In this document: in pieces, positions 58,801-64,000 of the stretch | How positions within the stretch are numbered: position 1 is the stretch's first letter | How the letters are laid out: every line of letters begins with the position of its first letter | Origin: Gekko japonicus | Lineage: Eukaryota | DNA length: 64,000 nucleotides | Assembly: GCF_001447785.1 (NCBI RefSeq) | Contig: NW_015159759.1 | Coordinates: 68,112 to 132,111, forward strand | Direction: 5' to 3' | Notes under the pieces: model-generated | Seen by the model: only the letters and a program-made list of their open reading frames with translations | Databases searched by the model: none | Told to the model about the DNA's origin: nothing | Made by a program: the position numbers and the translations under genes

Positions 58801-59878
58801 GTACCCTGTTTCCCCGAAAATAAGACCTACCCAAAAAATAAGCCCTAGCAGGATTTCTATGCATTTGTGGTATTAGCCCTAGTGTGTCTTCTTGAGAAAA
58901 AATAAATATAAGACAGTGTCTTATTTTCGGGGAAACACGGTAGTATTTGGCAAGTTGTGGAAAATTAAAGTAAAATTGCAGGCTTTCAGTGAAGAGACCA
59001 CCCAATATAAAATATGTTTGTTTACCCTTCTTTTATTGTTGGCTGAGGAATGCAGCCATGCACTTTCCTTAGACAACTGGAAAGCACCACAGCTCACTTT
59101 GGTACTTGACTCCAAGAGGAATGTCTTTGGCTTCAGTTCAGTATATATTCCCAATAGCCAAAACCTATTTCCAACTCCATAATGGGGGGGGGGGGCTTCC
59201 TACAGCATTAAAAAAATCACACATGCACATACATGCTGCATTTCCTACAGCTGAGAAGAACAGAGGGTTGTTTGACCGAAAAGATGCACAGTATACTGCA
59301 TTCCCTTTTGGCAACCCAGTCCATCACCTGCTGTACACTTGTAGGCAGGTTATCCCTAAGACATACAGCAAGGGTTTGCATTCGGGTGGGAAAAGGGCAT
59401 AATCTTCTACCAGCCCACTCTGAACCCCCAGTGATCACTGACTATTGGTTCCTATCATTCTCCACAACTAGCAAGTAAGGAAGCGAAATGGAGAGTGACT
59501 ATAGAATTGTGGGGAAGGTGGGACATCAAGGAAATGGACAATAAAGGAGAGAGGAGATTTGTGTTCCCTTTGGAGTGTTTGCTTGTGTTTGGGTCTGAGG
59601 AGAGTGTGTGTATGTGCATGCAAGTCCATGCCTGTATGTATAAGACGGTGAAGGATAAAATGAATAGAATATGTACTTACATCATAGCTGCCAAACGGTG
59701 CACATATCTGTAACCATGTGTTCAGTGATCATACCTGGCATTTGCTGTACTTGCATTGCAGTTTGCAAATATATAGAGTGTTTACCCATGATTTTCTTGA
59801 TAGGAATGTGGAGATAAGCAGGACCAAATTGAGCGGGCTGTTAGAGAAAAACGAGCTGTGGAAGAAGAACTTGAGAAA
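22847..59878 (+). CDS. SCLT1: Sodium channel and clathrin linker 1 (centriolar distal appendage coiled-coil protein), coding exons 1-15; 3' part lies beyond the window
   Basis: 15 GT-AG exons splice in frame (MATEASRDL...ILSPVLIEYDKHLEEM...NLQEQLQLAN...REEASDKRLQQLQSSIKQLE...SMQLLEEANLQKSQ...CNIQISRLTEEL...EKRAVEEELEK); sizes 68/73/56/136/123/66/71/91/92/178/99/72/75 fit mammalian SCLT1 as I recall it. Confidence 0.96.
23602..23669 (+). CDS. SCLT1: SCLT1 coding exon 2 (68 nt)
   Basis: tttcag|AT CAG AAC...GTA CAG|gtaaat; NAVLRQYQTE. Confidence 0.88.
24269..24321 (+). CDS. SCLT1: SCLT1 coding exon 3 (53 nt)
   Basis: tgttttag|AAA AAT...GAT GAA AG|gtaaag; a phase 0-to-2 exon is required to join exons 2 and 4. 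Confidence 0.78.
24535..25400. repeat. C/T-rich low-complexity tract with degenerate tandem repeats (CCCACCCTTGGCATTCACTCA-like)
   Basis: Strong pyrimidine/C skew; motif recurs at ~25013, 25057, 25162 and 25223. Confidence 0.75.
26921..27002. repeat. (TATACTGATA)n-type microsatellite; second copy at 28854-28945
   Basis: Direct tandem 10-mers. Confidence 0.85.
27761..27860 (-). mobile_element. RTE-BovB LINE 3' end (duplicated at 29705-29803)
   Basis: Reverse complement ...GGTCCACGGGGTCGCGAAGAGTCGGTCTCGACTGTGCGACTGAACAACAACAA is a BovB-type terminus with a (CAA)n tail. Confidence 0.8.
28095..28573. other. Assembly gap (479 N)
   Basis: Run of N. Confidence 1.
30494..30566 (+). CDS. SCLT1: SCLT1 coding exon 4 (73 nt)
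   Basis: ILSPVLIEYDKHLEEMSEQLRYCQ; tttag| ... |gtatga. Confidence 0.93.
30787..30842 (+). CDS. SCLT1: SCLT1 coding exon 5 (56 nt)
   Basis: GQMGEMKLKLGQVTKENER; tttag| ... |gtagag. Confidence 0.93.
30958..31850 (-). mobile_element. CR1 LINE ORF2 fragment (interrupted ~31470-31705)
   Basis: Peptides RAELLNSYF, EPLAIIFENSWGTG.V.E.WRRANVVPIFKK.KKEDPGNYRPISLTSIPG, HGF.KN.S. Confidence 0.85.
31853..32775 (+). mobile_element. 5'-truncated L2-clade LINE (RT C-terminus, 3'UTR, (TAAA)n tail)
   Basis: LATVIHATVTSRLDYCNA.YMGLP...KLQLVQNAAARLL...LHWLPI...FKVLVLTFKALYG; tail GAGCC..GGGCGGGATATAAAT..(AAAT)n. Confidence 0.9.
33295..33752 (-). mobile_element. L2-clade LINE 3' fragment
   Basis: PRALRSAENNLLVIPGP..TRTRAFSVLAPNWWNSL; AT-rich tail. 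Confidence 0.75.
34704..34839 (+). CDS. SCLT1: SCLT1 coding exon 6 (136 nt)
   Basis: LHEELKEVIEKQLEAL...IRNLQEQLQLANK; aacag| ... |gtgagt. Confidence 0.94.
35392..35514 (+). CDS. SCLT1: SCLT1 coding exon 7 (123 nt)
   Basis: EKEHAIELSHTASQELERLQQMFHKQMTEAQIHIAENHKQK. Confidence 0.94.
35930..36270. repeat. Degenerate ~40-bp GC-rich minisatellite (GAGGAY-anchored)
   Basis: GAGGA(T/C) anchors at ~35934, 35973, 36015, 36055, 36092, 36135, 36176 and 36217. Confidence 0.6.
37295..37360 (+). CDS. SCLT1: SCLT1 coding exon 8 (66 nt)
   Basis: GQLTSFQQLTKQLHLANEKTES; ttctag| ... |gtaagt. Confidence 0.94.
37970..38244. repeat. 275-bp palindrome (MITE-like foldback)
   Basis: CCAAGTACTTACCGTGATTC.GCAG.GGACACAT ... 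ATGTGTCC.CTGC.GAATCACGGTAAGTACTTGG; inner arms pair around ATGGTACCAT (38098-38107). Confidence 0.85.
38815..38955 (-). mobile_element. Degraded 5S-derived/Sauria-type SINE
   Basis: Reverse complement GATCTTGTCAGATCTCAGAAGCTAA...AGTATTTGGATGGAAGACCACCAAGGA (5S box A/C-like) plus a Sauria-like tail. Confidence 0.55.
38965..40250 (+). mobile_element. DIRS-like retrotransposon fragment (gag C-terminus and start of pol), interrupted by a MITE
   Basis: RKLWLKQWEVD..SK......FSGRLLFGD.ALDE then IGDHLQDFAHVWKKSTTD.W.LSIV; parallels 54300-54790 of the complete DIRS. Confidence 0.7.
39042..39493. mobile_element. hAT (Charlie-like) MITE, 452 bp
   Basis: TIR CAGGGGTGGCCA(G/A)ACT; perfect 8-bp TSD CTCTAGTG (39034-39041, 39494-39501). 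Confidence 0.88.
40250..40752 (-). mobile_element. L2-clade LINE RT fragment
   Basis: Reverse strand ARSAFYHLRLIRQLVPFLDRDNLATVIHATVTSRLDYCNALYMGLP..IRKLQLVQNAAARL; same family as 31853-32775. Confidence 0.85.
40753..41680. mobile_element. Probable solo LTR (Gypsy-like)
   Basis: TGTTA...GTGACA termini; AATAAA at 40803; no clear TSD. Confidence 0.4.
42280..42350 (+). CDS. SCLT1: SCLT1 coding exon 9 (71 nt)
   Basis: INQLFLKTVKEQNVELEQLRKQLR; ttgtag| ... |gtatga. Confidence 0.94.
42402..42667 (-). mobile_element. MIR/Ther1-derived (Squam3-like) SINE
   Basis: Reverse complement of CCAGTTTGGTGTAGTGGTTAAG...GATTCCCCACTCC...CTCACAGGGTGTCTGTTGTGGGG...GGGCGGGGTATAAATCCAATCTCC(TCC)n. Confidence 0.8.
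43660..44518 (+). mobile_element. 5'-truncated CR1 LINE (RT C-terminus and 3' tail)
   Basis: 243-aa ORF MQFNKDKC.VLHLG...LYTALVRPHLEYCVQFW.PQFKKDVDKIERVQRRATRMIRGLE...; terminal CCTTCCAACTCTATGATTCTATGA (CR1 octamer tail). Confidence 0.93.
45369..45574. mobile_element. hAT MITE, 206 bp
   Basis: TIR CAGTGTTCCCTCTAA / TTAGAAGGAACATTG; perfect 8-bp TSD GTTAAGGG. Confidence 0.88.
47005..47095 (+). CDS. SCLT1: SCLT1 coding exon 10 (91 nt)
   Basis: QSKFDLRTAVAKVDEMTRLIEDFQNQMDKK. Confidence 0.94.
47232..47323 (+). CDS. SCLT1: SCLT1 coding exon 11 (92 nt)
   Basis: EEDVRAAREREEASDKRLQQLQSSIKQLETR; |gtaagt. Confidence 0.95.
47662..47912 (+). mobile_element. tRNA-derived SINE with CR1-like tail (diverged copy)
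   Basis: Homologous to 21663-21820 and 58393-58605. Confidence 0.65.
48145..48428 (+). mobile_element. MIR/Ther1-derived (Squam3-like) SINE
   Basis: tRNA-like head GTTTGGTGTAGTGGTTAAG...GGTTTGATTCCC, CORE-like middle, L2-like tail GGGCGGGGTATAAAT plus (CT)-rich end. Confidence 0.8.
48867..49212. mobile_element. hAT (Ac-like) MITE
   Basis: TIR TAGGGATGGGCACA / TGTGCCCATCCC; GAACC/GGTTC subterminal motifs. Confidence 0.7.
49407..49662 (+). mobile_element. MIR/Ther1-derived (Squam3-like) SINE, 5'-clipped
   Basis: Homologous to 48145-48428. Confidence 0.75.
49766..49943 (+). CDS. SCLT1: SCLT1 coding exon 12 (178 nt)
   Basis: LCVTTKDSEELRTE...SMQLLEEANLQKSQ. Confidence 0.95.
50027..50243 (+). 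mobile_element. 5S rRNA-derived SINE with Sauria/RTE-type tail (5S-Sauria-like)
   Basis: GCCTGATCTCATCAGATCTGGGAAGCTAAGCAG...GTATTTAGATGGGAGACTACC (5S-like) plus AAACCACCTCTGAAC.TCTCTTGCCTTG...GACTTGACAGC and poly(A); 17-bp TSD ACT(A/G)TTATTAAA(T/C)CCTA. Confidence 0.8.
50983..51135. mobile_element. Penelope-like element remnant: two inverted pseudo-LTR pieces
   Basis: AGAAAAGAGCAAAAGTCCAGTAGC / GCTACTGGACTCTTGCTCTTTTCT inverted arms; GTGAGCAGTGACTCAC hairpin of the pLTR hammerhead motif. Confidence 0.65.
51611..51709 (+). CDS. SCLT1: SCLT1 coding exon 13 (99 nt)
   Basis: AMVAEKQKEEEIANMKEAVSQLWQDAASRTRKE; |gtgagt. Confidence 0.94.
52831..54670 (+). pseudogene. DIRS ORF1 (gag-like) remnant with stops and frameshifts
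   Basis: MA*KALFKKHSRCGAKM....HDLCLFCLGEEH....CKAC ... DREGRRLDILGQKLYSS ... RLKVENLLFEGSTL. Confidence 0.8.
54680..56590 (+). pseudogene. DIRS ORF2 remnant (RT, RNase H, methyltransferase-like)
   Basis: Motifs listed for the element; multiple stops and frameshifts. Confidence 0.85.
56600..57590 (+). pseudogene. DIRS ORF3 tyrosine recombinase remnant
   Basis: TRKSY..KW..F..WC, SLKVHLAAIS, AVTSARKVSELAAL, FLPKVVS.FH..Q.I.L, AHSTWAMASSAA. Confidence 0.85.
58081..58152 (+). CDS. SCLT1: SCLT1 coding exon 14 (72 nt)
   Basis: VENERKRCNIQISRLTEELTALQM; tttcag| ... |gtacgt. Confidence 0.95.
58393..58605 (+). mobile_element. tRNA(Ala-like)-derived SINE with CR1-like 3' tail
   Basis: TGGCTCAGTGGTAGAGCATC...GGTTCAAACCCCAGCATCTCCA followed by the family body and GGACTGATGGTCTGATTCAGT..AGGCAG.TTCATATGTTC. 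Confidence 0.8.
58804..58940. mobile_element. Tc1/mariner-superfamily (Tc2-like) MITE, 137 bp
   Basis: TIR CC(C/G)TGTTTCCCCGAAAATAAGAC at both ends, flanked by a TA TSD. Confidence 0.85.
59804..59878 (+). CDS. SCLT1: SCLT1 coding exon 15 (75 nt)
   Basis: ECGDKQDQIERAVREKRAVEEELEK; gatag| ... |gtgagc. Confidence 0.95.
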
Positions 59879-60274
59879 GTGAGCTGTATTTTTATGATGC
59901 ATGTATCTAATTCTCTACATGGCCTATCTGTGCCTACTTAAATTCAGAGACTGCAGCCATGAACATACAAGACAGACCTTTCTGCATACCTGAGAAGAGC
60001 ACCAGATATGCAGAAACATCTGGGATTTAAGGGAAAAAACCTCCCTAAAATAATAGAACAAGTGCCTATACTTTAAGAAATGGGTATCATATGAGATCTC
60101 ATTGGCCATTGGGAGGGTTGCTAGGCAATTACAACAATATTGCCGGCTTTCAAGCCTTGTTTTCTGTCAAGAAAAAACTGGGGTGAGGGCCATTTGGGGC
60201 TATGCAGTCCACCCTTGCTCCCCACTCCCCTGCCCTGTAGGGAAGATGCACACTTAGCTATTTGCCCCCACAGG

Positions 60275-63200
60275 GGAATAACGAGACAGACAACCATTTG
60301 GATTAAACAAGGGCCACTTTATTAACTATATATATTTTATGAATAGCAAACTGGCAAGGGAGCACTTCCTTAGCAGCGGAACAGCCAAGGCAGGCGTCAG
60401 TCTGACCAGCCTCCTTGTCTGATACATATGGGCGATGCACCAACCCCGGTCCTGGGCCATTAACCTGGCTTGCGACCAGCAGCCCAGCCGCGGGTCGCCT
60501 CCCGGGAGCGCCTACCCCTGAAACCTTACAGTTTGCAGAGAGGAGCTTTACCCAAGAGGCTCCCGTAAGGAGTCCTCGTTTACCGCCCGGGGCCTTAATA
60601 GCCCGCAAGCCGTTCCCGAAGACCCCCCAGTTCCCAAAAGACGGGACGGCTTAAGGTGCTCACCAATTCCGCTGCCTTATTCCTGCCATATACTGCCAAA
60701 GTGACCGACCTATTTACCGTAGCCACGCCCTTACCCCTACTTCCAATGATCCAGTGTAAGGTAGGCGAAAAAACACTACCACCCTCCTTGCCAATCTTGG
60801 GTGATAGCGAAAAATTCCTACCTGGCTCCCAAATGGGCGACCAGCCGCAGCCTACACTAGCTTAACCGGGCGGGCGGGCGAGCACGAGGCTGAAACTGAC
60901 AAAGGGGGGCGGGAGCAGAGCCGTGCCTAGCCAGGCCGGCTCCGCCCCTCCCCACGTCCCAGCTCTCCAGGCGTCAGTCTGACCAGCCTCCTTGTCTGAT
61001 ACATATGGGCGATGCACCAACCCCGGTCCTGGGCCATTAACCTGGCTTGCGACCAGCAGCCCAGCCGCGGGTCGCCTCCCGGGAGCACCTACCCCTGAAA
61101 CCTTACAGTTTGCAGAGAGGAGCTTTACCCAAGAGGCTCCTGTAAGGAGTCCTCGTTTACCGCCCGGGGCCTTAATAGCCCGCAAGCCGTTCCCGAAGAC
61201 CCCCCAGTTCCCAAAAGACGGGACGGCTTAAGGTGCTCACCAATTCCGCTGCCTTATTCCTGCCACTTGCAAAGCCAAGCCTCTGCTTTGGCTGACGCGG
61301 CCACCAAACCACTTAAGGCAGCCGTGATCCCTTGCCGGATGTCCTCTAAAAATAACTGGTTGCCCTTGTCTGACAAGTGGATGCCATCCTCCCTGCACAG
61401 GTCCAGGTCCTAGACCCCTATTCCAAGGTGTGGTAGATACTGGCCCAAAACCACCCCCGTTCCGTCTAGAGAACAAGGAGCTTCCCGTGCAGAAAGACTC
61501 CGTCACCTTTTGGTCTATAATAAACTCTTGAACCTGCCCCTAAGTGCTAAAGTCGTGTTTCTCTTATAAATTCCAGAACTATACTCTGGTTGAACTTATT
61601 AAGAAGGGCACTGCACTTAACAAACATTACTACGAAAAACAATTGAAGAAAGATTTCATCGTGCTTTCATGTGTGCTTCATTCTTATAAGACTGAGGAAT
61701 GCCTATCTAGGCACTGTTGAAAGGAAACTAACAAGTCACACAACTTGTCTAATAGATGCTGAAAACCTAGCCCAAGTAAACTTCTCGTCCCTTCTGTTGA
61801 AAATGAGGATCAGCAGAACTGCTCATAACCGGAAGGGATCCTCCGGCTTCACTCTGTAAAATCAATAGTACGTTTTTTATGTAATGTCCGCGGTCCTTAA
61901 AGACTCTTGAGCTTGTCCTGGACTGCCAAGGAGCTCAAATCAGTCAATCCGAAATAAATCAACCCCGAGTGCCCCTTGTAAGGCCAGTTAAGGAAACTGC
62001 AGCTCAAATACTTTGGCTACCAAATGAGAAGGGAGCACTCCACTGGAGAAGGCAAGACCTGAAAGACTCTTGAGCCTGCCCTTAATCACAGTTGGGCTTG
62101 CAATAAAACAATAAAAAAGGCAAGCCTCGGCGGCCCCTCCAGCCAAAAGGTCCACGGATGTCGTTCCCACTCCAGGCTTTTCCCTTAGACTGGGGATAAA
62201 TAGGGCTTCGCTTCGAGAGTTGGACTACAGGGAAGGCTGAAAAATAGGTTCTTTTGCACTGCGGTGCTGGAGAAGTCTCTTGCGAGTCCCTTGGACTGCC
62301 AAAACGATCAAATCAGTCAATCCTAAAAGAGCTCCACCCCGATTGTTCCCTGGAGGGCCAGATAATGAAACTAAAACTCAGATACTTTGGCCACCCACTG
62401 AAAAGGGAGCACCCACTGGAGAAGCCCCTGATTGAAGGTCAAAGCAGACGGGGACCGCAAAGAACGAGGTGGCCAGACAATGCCAGCGACTCCACGAACC
62501 TGAAACCGACCCAACCCCAGAGGACGGCGGAAGACAGGGAGCTGTAGGACAAACCCTGCGCCAGCAGTAGCCAACTCGGCTCACAGTGGCTCCCAGTGAA
62601 CCCGAACCTGCACGCGGCTATTGCTCTGAGGTCCAGGCCCCGCCCCGCGACGTGCAGACCCTCACCTGGGACTCCCCGCCAGCAGCCACTTCCCTTGCTC
62701 ATTAGAACTGCCCGTGGAGTGGGTGAGGGGGAAACGCCGCGGCCAACAATGGGGCCCCTGCCACTTGTGCCCCTGGAGCGGGTGCAGGGGGAGCACCGCG
62801 CCAAACACTGGGCCCCCGCCACACGGACCGATGGAGTGGGTGAATGCAACTGGCCCCCGCTCCGTGCCGCCAGTGGTGAGGGTAAAGGGAAAGCCCCGCC
62901 TGAACAACGCCCCCCCCCCGTGTAGCCAATGGCGTGGGGGAAAGGGCAGCACCGCTCCTAACAATGGGCCATGTGCAGCCCCTGGTATGGGGGGAAGGGG
63001 AGGCGCCAAGCCAAGCCAGGCCCCGAGGCGGCTACCCAACCTGGACTCTTCCCGCCGCTTCGATGGGGGGGGGAAGCCTCCTATGTTGTCCCGCGCTGTC
63101 TCCCCGGTGGCCCACCGAGCAGCGGGGGGGGTGTTCACTCCCGGGCCAGGGCAAAAAGGCCGACTCACCCGGGGAGGGGGTGTCGCCGTAACTTACTCCA

Positions 63201-63771
63201 CCGGCCCCAGGCCTCGCTACCGGACGAAGGGGGCTCGAAGGGAGCTGCTTAGCCAGGCCATGAGGCCCCGCCGCCGCCGCGCTCCCCCGCGCTCTGGAGC
63301 CCCGACCCCCACGAGCAGCCTCCTGGCCTTCACGTCCCTTCTGCCCGCCCCCCTGACCGCCCCCGGAGTACTTCCTGCGGTCTTGCGCTGACCCGCTGAC
63401 GTTGGCGGACAACCCGTTCCGCGCCGCGGCCCGGCGATCGCTTCTGCCACCGCTTCAGCCGCCGCTGCTTTCCCTGGCCGATCCGCCCACACTACGGCCC
63501 AAGCGATTGCCCCCGCGCCACCGTTGTTGCCTTCGCTGCGGCCCTCGGCCCACAACACAGCCCAGTAGGCCCAGCAGCAAGGCAGCACCACCAGCCCCGC
63601 TTGCTCCGACCGAGCACGAGGCTGAAACTGACAAAGGGGGGCGGGAGCAGAGCCGTGCCTAGCCAGGCTGGCTCCGCCCCTCCCCACGTCCCAGCTCTCT
63701 GCGCTTTCCCCGCGGCGGCAAACCAGCCCCCAGCCACCATTGCCTTCGGCGGCGGCCGGGAGCTTCCTTCC
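60275..63771 (-). mobile_element. Non-autonomous Ngaro-type (split direct repeat) tyrosine-recombinase retroelement in SCLT1 intron 15
   Basis: Minus-strand order A1(63611-63699)...B1(60968-61265) A2(60879-60967)...B2(60391-60688); B copies 298 bp with 2 differences, A copies 89 bp with 1; SGNH-like remnant EDGIHLSDKGN running into B1; outer boundaries approximate. Confidence 0.75.
61895..62560 (+). mobile_element. Two RTE-BovB ORF 3' fragments (~61895-62060 and ~62250-62560) inside the Ngaro-type element
   Basis: RSNQSILKELHPDCSLEGQIMKLKLRYFGH..KREHPLEK.LIEG..RRG.QRTRW.D, the BovB C-terminal peptide. Confidence 0.8.
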
Positions 63772-64000
63772 ATATGCAGAACAGATACTCTGTGTGCAGT
63801 TTGATTTTGCTTGCAGTTATCTCTTTGAGAAATATAATTGTTCTGTAAACAGAACATGGATTCTCTGAAAGTGAATCTCTGGATAACATGCCAGCTAGTT
63901 AGTGTCTGAAAGCAAAAACCTAAAGTAAAAATGTAACTGACCTTAAGGTAGCTAACTGGGAGCAGACCTTTGTGAGTAATACAAAATTGACGATCCACCA

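Noticed and set aside
22847-59878. U12-type or non-canonical introns in SCLT1 or C4orf33
   Set aside because: All identified junctions are ordinary GT-AG without the GTATCCT donor
62596-63998. Long GC-rich ORFs (up to 225 aa) as a novel gene
   Set aside because: Open in several frames on both strands because of GC content; they lie inside the split-repeat element and have no convincing domain

Overview
Vertebrate genomic DNA, not microbial. The repeat content (BovB, CR1, L2, 5S/Sauria-type and MIR-derived SINEs, Penelope remnants) points to a squamate reptile, probably a gecko. Two spliced genes diverge head-to-head from a CpG island at about 20.3-21.2 kb. C4orf33 (minus strand) is complete: 5 coding exons, 7074-17854, 194 aa. 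SCLT1 (plus strand) has coding exons 1-15 at 22847-59878 and continues past the window. All introns are GT-AG and all exon phases join in frame. The introns are dense with transposons, including two kinds of tyrosine-recombinase retrotransposon. One is a full-length but decayed DIRS1-type element (52560-57952; inverted termini, internal complementary region, gag/RT/RNaseH/methylase-like/YR remnants). The other is a young non-autonomous Ngaro-type element (about 60275-63771) with split direct repeats, an SGNH-hydrolase remnant, and BovB-containing cargo where RT/YR should be. Also present: a 365-bp dimeric tandem array at the window start, a solo LTR nested in a hAT element, a 275-bp palindrome, a candidate 3'UTR intron in C4orf33, and a probable false duplication around a 479-N gap. 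Most ORFs in the supplied track are spurious. Family and gene names come from recognising sequence, not from database searches. I found no convincing wholly new biological system; the cargo-carrying Ngaro-type element is the best lead.
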